From an uncultured Saprospiraceae bacterium (GTDB lineage Bacteria; Bacteroidota; Bacteroidia; Chitinophagales; Saprospiraceae): 48,903 bases of DNA. The first letter of the stretch is position 1. Every line of letters begins with the position of its first letter. Under the pieces are notes generated by a model. That model did not search any database and was not told the origin of the DNA. It saw only the letters and a program-made list of their open reading frames with translations. Below are positions 17,525 through 25,564 of this stretch, piece by piece. Location: positions 1-48,903 of the forward strand of contig CALCJP010000093.1 of assembly GCA_937967625.1 (NCBI GenBank). The letters run 5' to 3'. A program made the translations under genes and the position numbers.

Positions 17525-17562
17525 GGGTTAGCTACGAAAACGGTTGGTTTTTGGGCTAACCC
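17525..17562 (+). promoter_or_regulatory. Intercistronic hairpin between atpE and atpF
   Basis: 8-bp stem gggttagc/gctaaccc around a 22-nt loop, followed by a T-rich tract 17571-17577. Possibly an mRNA stabiliser or partial terminator. Confidence 0.4.
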
Positions 17563-17617
17563 TACTTCAACTTTTTTATAATTAGGAATTATTTCAAACG
17601 ATAAAAATACTTAAAGC

Positions 17618-18136
17618 ATGAGTTATATAATACTTGCAGACTTTAGTGTTATCAGACCTGACTTTGGTTTGTTTTTCTGGACGACAGTTATCTTTCTACT
17701 CTTTTGGTTTTTGATGTCTAAATTCGCTTTCAAACCAATCGCAGAAGCATTGCAAGAAAGACAACGTGACATCCAAGACTCTTTAGATGAAGCCAAAAAA
17801 GCTCGCGAAGACATGGCGAACTTGAAGTCAGAAAATCAAGAATTGTTGCGTCAAGCTCAAGAGGAAAGAGTCAACATTTTGCGTGAAGCAAAAGAGGCTA
17901 AAGACTCAATCATTGCGGAAGCAAAAAATAAAGCAAGAGACGAAGCAAAGAAAATTGTCTCTGATGCCAAAACGCAAATCGAAAATCAGAAGATGGCTGC
18001 CATCGTAGAGATGAAAAACCAATCGGGAAGAATGGCAATTGATATTGCTGAAAAGTTGCTCAAAAGCGAGTTGAAAGGAGAAGGTGCAAATGAGTCATTT
18101 GTGCAGCGATTGGTAGATGAAGTAAAATTAAATTAG
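17618..18136 (+). CDS. atpF: F0F1 ATP synthase subunit b
   Basis: One N-terminal TM helix followed by a long charged coiled-coil (AEAKNKARDEAKKIV); position between atpE and atpH. Confidence 0.9.
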   Translation: MSYIILADFSVIRPDFGLFFWTTVIFLLFWFLMSKFAFKPIAEALQERQRDIQDSLDEAKKAREDMANLKSENQELLRQAQEERVNILREAKEAKDSIIAEAKNKARDEAKKIVSDAKTQIENQKMAAIVEMKNQSGRMAIDIAEKLLKSELKGEGANESFVQRLVDEVKLN

Positions 18137-18182
18137 AAAATTCGAGAATAGAGCATCTGCTCAATCTCTCAATCTCTAAAAA

Positions 18183-18752
18183 ATGTCAGTAACTAGAATA
18201 GCAACTCGATACGCAAAATCTTTAGTCGATTTAGCGATAGAGCAAAATAAATTGGACCGTATCAAGGAAGATGTGCAAGCCTTTGAAAAGGCGACCAATC
18301 AGCGCGACTTTCAGATGTTGATGAAAAGTCCAATCGTAAAAGGCGACAAAAAATGGAAGATCCTTCAAGAGATATTTGAAGGTAAATTCGATCCATTGAC
18401 GATGGCTTTTATGAAGATTTTGGTTAGCAAAGGGAGAGAAAGCTATTTGCCGGAGATTGCGCGCGAGTTCAACTCATTATTCAAACAACGCAATGAGATT
18501 TCTTCTGTGAAAATCATCACAGCTAAAAAACTCTCAGATGCTGCCCTTGAAGCAATAAAAAGCAAATTGGTAGGAAGTAGCAATACTTATAAGAACATCG
18601 AAATTGAAACCGAAGTTCAGGAAGATTTGCTTGGTGGTTTTGTAATTGAATTTGACGATAGACTATATGATTCAAGCGTCAAGCATAAATTAGAAAAACT
18701 CAGGAAAGAATTTAAAGACAATCTATATAAATCAATGATTATTGCTGATTAG
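18183..18752 (+). CDS. atpH: F0F1 ATP synthase subunit delta (OSCP)
   Basis: 189 aa, ATRYAKSLVDLA start and GGFVIEFDDRLYDSSVK C-terminal motif typical of delta/OSCP; operon position. Confidence 0.9.
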   Translation: MSVTRIATRYAKSLVDLAIEQNKLDRIKEDVQAFEKATNQRDFQMLMKSPIVKGDKKWKILQEIFEGKFDPLTMAFMKILVSKGRESYLPEIAREFNSLFKQRNEISSVKIITAKKLSDAALEAIKSKLVGSSNTYKNIEIETEVQEDLLGGFVIEFDDRLYDSSVKHKLEKLRKEFKDNLYKSMIIAD

Positions 18753-18763
18753 GATTGACCATT

Positions 18764-18805
18764 TTTCTCCCTTTCGAGAAATACTATTATTTCACGAAAG
18801 TGAAA
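18764..18805. repeat. Two mini-hairpins in the atpH-atpA spacer: tttctc-ccTTTC-gagaaa and tttcac-GAAA-gtgaaa
   Basis: Both have 6-bp stems (18764-18781, 18790-18805). Confidence 0.85.
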
Positions 18806-18875
18806 AAATAAATGCCTTTCAAAACAGCAATTACATTTTTTAAAAATCCTTTTTTTAAAAGAAAAATTTATAACC

Positions 18876-20471
18876 ATGGTTGATGTAAAACCGGACGAAA
18901 TATCAGCAATTTTAAAACAGCAATTATCTGGCTTTGACGCAAGCACTGAGTTAGAGCAGGTAGGAACCGTACTTCAAGTAGGTGATGGTATCGCTCGTGT
19001 GTATGGTTTGAATAGTGTACAATCAGGAGAGCTGGTACAATTCGAAACAGGCGTGAACGCAATCGTTTTGAACTTGGAAGAAGATAATGTTGGGGTTGTA
19101 TTGATGGGGCCAAGTGATGGCATCAGAGAGGGTTCTAAAGTAAGACGAACTGAAGAAATTGCTTCTATCGAAGTTGGAGAAGGAATGTCTGGGCGTGTAG
19201 TAAACACTTTAGGTCAACCAATCGATGGTAAAGGAGAAATAAAAGGTACTAAGTATCGTATGCCATTGGAGCGAAAAGCTCCAGGTGTAATTTACAGAAT
19301 GCCTGTATTTGAGCCACTTCAAACTGGTATCAAAGCGATTGACGCGATGATTCCGATTGGACGTGGACAACGGGAGTTGATTATTGGTGACCGCCAAACT
19401 GGTAAAACAGCTGTGGCGATTGATACGATTATCAATCAAAAAGAATTTCACGAAAGAGGTGAGACCGTTTACTGTATCTATGTGGCTTCAGGTCAAAAAG
19501 CATCTACAGTAGCAAACGTTGCTAAGACATTGGAAGAGTACGGTGCGATGGAATATACGACTATCGTTTCCGCTTCTGCTTCTGATCCTGCACCACTTCA
19601 ATTCTACGCACCATTCTCAGGAGCTGCGATTGGAGAATATTTCAGAGATACAGGTCGCCCAGCTTTGATTATCTATGATGATTTGTCAAAGCAAGCAGTG
19701 GCATATCGTGAGGTGTCACTTTTGCTTCGTCGTCCTCCAGGGCGTGAGGCATACCCAGGTGATGTATTCTACCTTCACTCACGTTTGTTGGAGCGTGCAG
19801 CAAAAATCATTGCAAATGACGAGATCGCGCGCCAGATGAATGATTTGCCAGATTCATTAGCAAATGCAAAAGACGCAGACGGAAATCCATTGGTGAAAGG
19901 AGGAGGATCTTTAACAGCACTTCCAATTATCGAGACGCAAGCAGCCGATGTATCTGCCTATATTCCAACCAACGTAATTTCGATTACTGACGGTCAGATT
20001 TTCTTGGAAACCAACTTGTTTAACGCAGGTGTACGTCCAGCGATTAATGTAGGTATCTCAGTAAGTCGAGTGGGTGGTTCTGCTCAGATTAAGTCAATGA
20101 AGAAGGTATCAGGTACCCTCAAATTAGACCAAGCACAGTATCGTGAGTTAGAGGCATTCTCTAAATTTGGTTCTGACTTGGATGCTTCCACAATGGCTGT
20201 ACTTGAAAAAGGAAAGCGAAACGTGGAAATCTTGAAACAGCCACAATACACTCCTTCAGCAGTAGAAGATCAAATTGCGATTATCTACTTAGGAACTAAA
20301 GGGTTATTGAAAGATGTACCAGTAGATAAAATCAAAGAATTTGAAGGTGTATTCCTTCAAGCAATGAAGCAACGTCATAGCGATGTTTTAGCAACATTGA
20401 AATCAGGTAAATTGGAAGGATTGGATAAAATTGAAGCATTGGCAGCTGAATTATCCTCTCAATACAAATAG
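18876..20471 (+). CDS. atpA: F0F1 ATP synthase subunit alpha
   Basis: P-loop GDRQTGKTA, the signature [21 protein letters not shown], and full length (531 aa). Confidence 0.97.
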   Translation: MVDVKPDEISAILKQQLSGFDASTELEQVGTVLQVGDGIARVYGLNSVQSGELVQFETGVNAIVLNLEEDNVGVVLMGPSDGIREGSKVRRTEEIASIEVGEGMSGRVVNTLGQPIDGKGEIKGTKYRMPLERKAPGVIYRMPVFEPLQTGIKAIDAMIPIGRGQRELIIGDRQTGKTAVAIDTIINQKEFHERGETVYCIYVASGQKASTVANVAKTLEEYGAMEYTTIVSASASDPAPLQFYAPFSGAAIGEYFRDTGRPALIIYDDLSKQAVAYREVSLLLRRPPGREAYPGDVFYLHSRLLERAAKIIANDEIARQMNDLPDSLANAKDADGNPLVKGGGSLTALPIIETQAADVSAYIPTNVISITDGQIFLETNLFNAGVRPAINVGISVSRVGGSAQIKSMKKVSGTLKLDQAQYRELEAFSKFGSDLDASTMAVLEKGKRNVEILKQPQYTPSAVEDQIAIIYLGTKGLLKDVPVDKIKEFEGVFLQAMKQRHSDVLATLKSGKLEGLDKIEALAAELSSQYK

Positions 20472-20474
20472 CAT

Positions 20475-20538
20475 AAAGTGTATTTCGCTTTCGCGAAATA
20501 ATGTTGTTTCGCGAAAGCGAAAAGTAAAAATACACTTT
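20475..20538. repeat. Compound element in the atpA-atpG spacer: 11-bp outer stem aaagtgtattt/aaatacacttt enclosing atttcgc-TTTC-gcgaaat and tttcgc-GAAA-gcgaaa
   Basis: All three stems are perfect. The two inner units are inverted copies of each other. Confidence 0.9.
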
Positions 20539-20575
20539 AGAAAAACCTATTAATAAAGCAGAACTGACTTAGATT

Positions 20576-21475
20576 ATGGCAGGTGGCTTAAAAGAAGTTC
20601 GGGAGCGGATAGTATCCGTCAAAAATACACAGCAGATTACCAAGGCAATGAAGATGGTAGCTGCGGCTAAGTTGCGTCGTGCCCAACAAGCAATTACGCA
20701 ACTTCGTCCATATGCAGAGAAGCAAAACGCGATGTTGAAAAACATTCTCTCCAATCTTGGAGGGGAAGCAGACATTTCTTTTGGAAAGGAAAGAGAAGTG
20801 AAAAATGCTTGTGTGGTAGTCGTGACGTCCAATAGGGGTTTATGTGGCGCATTCAATTCCAATATAATCAAAGCTGCCAACGCAGTAATCAAAGACCAGT
20901 TTGCTGATTTAGAAAAATCAGGAAACTTGAGAATACTTCCTATTGGAAAAAAAGCGAATGATTTCTACAAAAAGCGCTATCCTGAAAATGTGCTTATCAA
21001 TGACCACGTCATGCTTTTTGATGACCTTTCTTTTGCAAATGTATCGCAAGTGGCTCGTCGATTGATGACGGCTTTCGCCGAAAATGAGTTTGATAGCATC
21101 TATGTTTCTTACGGGAAATTCAAAAACGCTGCAACGCAATTTGCAATTACCGAAAAATTTCTACCTGTCACACAGACAACGGTAGCTGAAGAAAGTGACA
21201 ATACTTCCAAGGCAAACTACATCTTTGAGCCTAATATGGAACAACTTTTGGAAAATCTTGTGCCAAGCATTCTGCAGTCAAGTTTTCAAAAGTATGTTTT
21301 AGATACTCACGCTTCAGAACATGGTGCAAGAATGACCGCAATGGATAAAGCTTCTGAAAATGCTGATGAGTTATTGAAAGAGTTGAAACTGTCCTATAAT
21401 AAAGCCCGCCAAGAAGCAATTACTAAAGAAATTTTGGAAATTGTAGGAGGTGCAGCAGCATTAGAAGGCGGCTAA
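20576..21475 (+). CDS. atpG: F0F1 ATP synthase subunit gamma
   Basis: MAGGLKEVRERIVSVKNTQQITKAMKMVAAAKLRRAQ start and C-terminal ITKEILEIVGGAAAL, both classic gamma motifs. Confidence 0.95.
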   Translation: MAGGLKEVRERIVSVKNTQQITKAMKMVAAAKLRRAQQAITQLRPYAEKQNAMLKNILSNLGGEADISFGKEREVKNACVVVVTSNRGLCGAFNSNIIKAANAVIKDQFADLEKSGNLRILPIGKKANDFYKKRYPENVLINDHVMLFDDLSFANVSQVARRLMTAFAENEFDSIYVSYGKFKNAATQFAITEKFLPVTQTTVAEESDNTSKANYIFEPNMEQLLENLVPSILQSSFQKYVLDTHASEHGARMTAMDKASENADELLKELKLSYNKARQEAITKEILEIVGGAAALEGG

Positions 21476-21520
21476 CGTTATATATTTGAACATCTGATAA
21501 TATGTTTTTATAAAAAAACG

Positions 21521-21528
21521 TATATTTG
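21521..21528 (+). promoter_or_regulatory. Candidate -7 box tatatttg (second copy at 21481-21488) upstream of OmpA paralog 1
   Basis: Exact TAnnTTTG match. The same octamer precedes paralog 2. Confidence 0.3.
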
Positions 21529-21564
21529 TGTGTTCACAGAGAGTCTAACAAATTAAGAATAATA

Positions 21565-21612
21565 GCCCGAAGAGTTGACAATGTCTATACTCTTTGGGCA
21601 TTTTATGTTTTT
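21565..21612 (+). terminator. Intrinsic terminator downstream of atpG
   Basis: 11-bp stem gcccgaagagt/actctttgggc (one G:U), 13-nt loop, then attttatgttttt. Confidence 0.7.
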
Positions 21613-21673
21613 AATTCTATTCTATTTTAACAGTTATAAGAGTTGATTATTTTTTAAAAAAACTTATTACGTC

Positions 21674-23335
21674 ATGAAATCTCGTATTACAATTATGACG
21701 GTTGCTTTACTGCTTTTTGCAACCGCTGCCTTTTCTCAGGATGAGGCAAAATCTAATAAAAAAGCGCCTTCCAATATGATTCCTTGGGAAGTCGGAATCT
21801 TCCTCGGAGCATCTAATTATCAAGGTGATTTAGTTGAGCCTATTTTTGCCCTAGAAGGTAATACAGGCTTTGCTGCAGGGCTTTATGGACGGTATCATAT
21901 GACTCCTAATTTTGCTTTAAGGGCAAATTTTCTTTATGGACAAATTAGTGGCGATGAATCCATTTATGAATCAAGAGTTGAGCGAAGCTATTCATTCGAG
22001 TCTGCGATAAGCGAAGTCTCAGCAATGGTAGAATGGGACTTGCTCGGCCAACGAAGATTCAAAGATGGGAAATACAATACAATTGTTTCACCATTCATAC
22101 TTGCTGGAATTGGATATGCCTTTTATGATCCAGAAGTTGACTTTTCTAAGTCAGCTAACCGCCCAGGAGCAGCCGAAGATATGGCAAATGATGAAACAAG
22201 TCGGATAGCAATTCCTCTTGGCGCAGGTGTGAAATTTGATCTAACGAAAAAGTGGACATTAAGTGTGGAAGGTGGTTTTAGGACTCCAACTTCAGACTAT
22301 CTTGATGGTGTCAGTGAATCAGCGGATCCAGAAGATAATGATTGGTTTTCTTATTTAGGTTTTAACTTAGGGTATAGGTTCTATGGAAGACTTGATACGG
22401 ATGGAGATGGAATTCCAGATGTAAAGGATAAGTGCCCTTTAACAGCAGGCGATAAAGCTTTAGAGGGTTGTCCTGATAGAGATGGTGATACTGTCATCGA
22501 TAAAAGAGATAACTGCCCTGATATTGCCGGCCCAGTTGATTTAAAAGGATGCCCAGATACCGATGGTGATGGTATTGTTGATATCGAAGATCAATGTCCT
22601 CAAGTAGCAGGAGGAGCAGCATTGAAAGGCTGTCCTGACTCAGACGGTGATGGTGTTATTGATATGGAAGATCAATGTCCGAACACTGCAGGTTTAAGAA
22701 GTATGAGTGGTTGCCCTGACTCAGATGGAGACGTTATTGTTGATGCAAATGACGAATGCCCAAATGAAGCTGGAACCTCCCTAAATAATGGCTGTCCTGA
22801 AAAAGATTCGGACGGTGATGGTATTAAAGATAGTGCAGATGATTGTCCTGACGTGGCAGGTATAGGTGCTTTCAAGGGCTGTCCAGATACAGATAAAGAC
22901 GGAGTCCAAGATTCAAAAGATAAATGTGCTACAACTCCTGGCCCTGCATCTAATGGTGGCTGTCCTGAAATCAAGCAAGAGGATAGACAAGTGCTTCAAT
23001 TAGCAGTTCAAGCAGTTAGGTTTGAAACTGCAAGAGATGCATTGAAAACAGAGTCTTATGCAATTCTTGATCAGGTAGTTGATATCATGAACAGGTATCC
23101 AGATTACAATGTAAGAGTAAGAGGATATACTGATGATAGAGGAAATGCAGCAGCGAACCAGAAACTTTCTGAAAATAGAGCGAGAACGTGTGCTAAATAC
23201 TTAGAAAGTAAAGGAGTTTCAAGAAGCAGAATTACATCACAAGGATATGGTGAAACAAATCCAATTGCATCAAACGACACTCCAGAAGGAAGGAGATTGA
23301 ATCGTCGTGTTGAATTCGATTTAAATTTACGTTAA
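21674..23335 (+). CDS. OmpA family outer-membrane protein: N-terminal beta-barrel, thrombospondin type 3 (Ca-binding D.D.DG..D..D.CP) repeats, C-terminal OmpA_C domain (paralog 1)
   Basis: Signal peptide. About 9 TSP3-like repeats (DTDGDGIPDVKDKCP and similar). OmpA_C motifs: RVRGYTDDRGNAAANQKLSENRA..NRRVEF. Confidence 0.9.
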   Translation: MKSRITIMTVALLLFATAAFSQDEAKSNKKAPSNMIPWEVGIFLGASNYQGDLVEPIFALEGNTGFAAGLYGRYHMTPNFALRANFLYGQISGDESIYESRVERSYSFESAISEVSAMVEWDLLGQRRFKDGKYNTIVSPFILAGIGYAFYDPEVDFSKSANRPGAAEDMANDETSRIAIPLGAGVKFDLTKKWTLSVEGGFRTPTSDYLDGVSESADPEDNDWFSYLGFNLGYRFYGRLDTDGDGIPDVKDKCPLTAGDKALEGCPDRDGDTVIDKRDNCPDIAGPVDLKGCPDTDGDGIVDIEDQCPQVAGGAALKGCPDSDGDGVIDMEDQCPNTAGLRSMSGCPDSDGDVIVDANDECPNEAGTSLNNGCPEKDSDGDGIKDSADDCPDVAGIGAFKGCPDTDKDGVQDSKDKCATTPGPASNGGCPEIKQEDRQVLQLAVQAVRFETARDALKTESYAILDQVVDIMNRYPDYNVRVRGYTDDRGNAAANQKLSENRARTCAKYLESKGVSRSRITSQGYGETNPIASNDTPEGRRLNRRVEFDLNLR

Positions 23336-23342
23336 ATAAATT

Positions 23343-23374
23343 AATCAGGACGGATATTCATATCCGTCCTGATT
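23343..23374 (+). terminator. Strong hairpin just after OmpA paralog 1 (no clean T-run)
   Basis: 14-bp perfect stem aatcaggacggata/tatccgtcctgatt with loop ttca. Confidence 0.5.
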
Positions 23375-23403
23375 CTCTTAGTTGTTCTTTTAGAATAAAT
23401 TTA

Positions 23404-23411
23404 TATATTTG
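23404..23411 (+). promoter_or_regulatory. Candidate -7 box tatatttg upstream of OmpA paralog 2
   Basis: Exact TAnnTTTG match, 249 nt upstream of the ATG. Confidence 0.3.
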
Positions 23412-23659
23412 CAGTCCCAACCCCTTTATAACTAAAACACCTGAAATAACTCGACAAAAAGTATTTCTGCCCAAGAAATAAGCCCAGATTTTATTTGCAT
23501 AAATTTTGTGAAAAACATCCCTTTACCCCTTAATATATTTTTCTAAAGTCCTTTTTTTGACTAAAAAATTACTCAGATGAAGATTTTTTAAGTGATCTTC
23601 ATCTGCTTATTTTGTATCTAAAAAAACGTATTAATTCTACAAATCTTAAAAATTGAATA

Positions 23660-25288
23660 ATGAAAAGATTGATAACAACTTTCATCGCGCTCGCGATGTT
23701 CGCTTTCAATGTGGAAGCACAAATAGCAGGCTCTGTAAAACTTGGGCTTGCTGGATATCAAGGAGATGTCCATTGCCGTACTGACGAAAATATTGGTGCA
23801 CTTAGCCGACTAAGTGGATCCTTTGGGCTTGGCGCAAGAATTCCTCTTGCAGAAGCGGTAGGTCTCAGAGTAGAAGGAACTTATTTCAGCCTTTCTGCCG
23901 ATGAAACTGAATTCAGTGACAAAGGGCACATTTCACGTGGATGGACATTTGAAAACAACTTTTTAGAATTAGGTGCTCTTCTTGATTGGGAAATTCTTGG
24001 AAACCGTCGTTTTGATGAAAATGGTAAATTCAAGAGAACTCTTACCCCATTAGTTTTTGGTGGTATTGGATTGGCGTTTAACAATCCCGAAGTAAATTTT
24101 GCTGGTTCTAATCATCCAGAAATTCCTACAGATATAGATGAGGGTGATGGTATTCAATTCGCAGTTCCTTTAGGAGTAGGGTTGAAATATTATCTAACTG
24201 AAAAGTTTGCTCTTGGATTAGAAACTGGAGTTCGCTTGCCTCTTCATGATTACGTTGACGGAGTTAGCCTTACGGCAAATCCTGACGAAAACGATGCTTA
24301 TGGTTGGGGTGGACTTAAAGCGTATTTTGGTCTTGGCGGAAAGAAAGACGCTGACGGCGATGGTATCTCTGACAAAAAAGATGCTTGTCCTAACACACCA
24401 GGTTTAGCTGAGTTAGATGGTTGTCCAGATAGAGATGGCGACGGTATTACTGATAAAAGAGACAACTGCCCTGACGTGGCTGGTCCTATTGATTTGAAAG
24501 GCTGTCCAGATACGGATGGAGATGGTATCGTTGATATTGAAGATCAATGTCCACAGGTGCCAGGTGGTGCTGCTCTTAAAGGTTGCCCTGATTCAGATGG
24601 TGACGGAGTTATTGACATGGAAGATCAATGTCCAAATACTGCTGGTTTAAGAAGTATGAGCGGTTGTCCTGATTCAGATGGAGACGGTATCGTTGATGCA
24701 AATGATGAGTGTCCAAACGAAGCAGGTACTTCCCTAAATAATGGTTGTCCTGAAAAAGATTCAGATGGTGACGGCATCAAAGATAGTGTTGATGAGTGTC
24801 CAACTGTAGCAGGTATTGGTACATTCAAAGGATGTCCGGATACTGATAAAGACGGCGTTCAGGATTCTAGAGATAAATGTCCTACTACTGCTGGTTCTCC
24901 AAGCAATAATGGTTGTCCTGTGATCAAGGAAGCAGACAGACAAGTACTTCAATTAGCAGTTCAAGCAGTTCGGTTTGAAACTGCAAGAGATGCATTGAAG
25001 ACAGAGTCTTATGCAATTCTTGATCAGGTAGTTGATATCATGAATAGATATCCTGATTACAATGTAAGAGTAAGAGGATATACAGATGATAGAGGTAATG
25101 CAGCAGCAAACCAGAAACTTTCTGAAAATAGAGCAATAACTTGTGCTAAGTACTTAGAAAGTAAAGGAGTTTCAAGAAGCAGAATTACTTCACAGGGATA
25201 TGGTGAAACAAATCCAATTGCATCAAACGATACTCCAGAAGGAAGAAGATTGAATCGTCGTGTAGAGTTTGATTTGAACTTAAGATAA
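23660..25288 (+). CDS. OmpA family outer-membrane protein with TSP3 repeats and OmpA_C domain (paralog 2, tandem duplicate)
   Basis: Same architecture as paralog 1. The C-terminal ~290 aa are about 92% identical to paralog 1 by eye, while the N-terminal barrel is only distantly similar. Confidence 0.9.
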   Translation: MKRLITTFIALAMFAFNVEAQIAGSVKLGLAGYQGDVHCRTDENIGALSRLSGSFGLGARIPLAEAVGLRVEGTYFSLSADETEFSDKGHISRGWTFENNFLELGALLDWEILGNRRFDENGKFKRTLTPLVFGGIGLAFNNPEVNFAGSNHPEIPTDIDEGDGIQFAVPLGVGLKYYLTEKFALGLETGVRLPLHDYVDGVSLTANPDENDAYGWGGLKAYFGLGGKKDADGDGISDKKDACPNTPGLAELDGCPDRDGDGITDKRDNCPDVAGPIDLKGCPDTDGDGIVDIEDQCPQVPGGAALKGCPDSDGDGVIDMEDQCPNTAGLRSMSGCPDSDGDGIVDANDECPNEAGTSLNNGCPEKDSDGDGIKDSVDECPTVAGIGTFKGCPDTDKDGVQDSRDKCPTTAGSPSNNGCPVIKEADRQVLQLAVQAVRFETARDALKTESYAILDQVVDIMNRYPDYNVRVRGYTDDRGNAAANQKLSENRAITCAKYLESKGVSRSRITSQGYGETNPIASNDTPEGRRLNRRVEFDLNLR

Positions 25289-25327
25289 AAAAAACATAGA
25301 GAGGTGATAAAATATTTATCACCTCTC
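25287..25327 (-). terminator. Hairpin whose T-run lies on the minus strand (candidate terminator for the DUF5916-type gene)
   Basis: 13-bp stem gagaggtgataaa/tttatcacctctc (25299-25327). A8 on the plus strand at 25287-25294 gives a T-run on the minus strand. Confidence 0.45.
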
Positions 25328-25393
25328 ATAAAGAGCGTTAATACGAGAGTTACAATATGTAACTAAGTTTTTTTAGACTCTTAAACTGTTTTG

Positions 25394-25423
25394 AGTCTCC
25401 CTTTGCAAAAGGGAGACTTTTTT
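25394..25423 (+). terminator. Intrinsic terminator for OmpA paralog 2
   Basis: 11-bp stem agtctcccttt/aaagggagact, triloop gca, then T6. Confidence 0.7.
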
Positions 25424-25486
25424 CATGTCTGTAATTGTGATTAGAATTGCTTTTAAGCCTTCCTTTAGCGTTCACAATTGGTAACA

Positions 25487-25502
25487 TTCCACGAAAGTGG
25501 AA
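25487..25502. repeat. Mini-hairpin ttccac-GAAA-gtggaa
   Basis: 6-bp perfect stem. Confidence 0.85.
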
Positions 25503-25564
25503 CGAGTATTTTAAGAGCTAACCATATTAAGGTGCAAACTTTTTTAGTTCTCCCCTTATTTCAA

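Noticed and set aside
21476-21673. Missing atpD/atpC after atpG as a sign of operon disruption
   Set aside because: To my knowledge, a split atpBEFHAG locus with atpDC elsewhere is the usual Bacteroidota arrangement. A terminator follows atpG cleanly.
22672-22974. Antisense ORFs in the TSP3 repeat regions of both OmpA paralogs (22672-22974, 24625-24828, 24761-24952)
   Set aside because: The repetitive GAT/GGT-rich coding sequence is stop-free on the opposite strand, and the OmpA reading frame is clearly the real one.
23577-23591. Mini-ORFs atg-aag-att-ttt-taa (MKIF, 23577-23591, inside the ompA2 leader hairpin) and atg-aaa-atc-aaa-tga (MKIK, 40231-40245, abutting batA) as leader peptides
   Set aside because: Four-codon ORFs are expected by chance in AT-rich spacers, and there is no supporting attenuation logic. 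They are noted only in passing.
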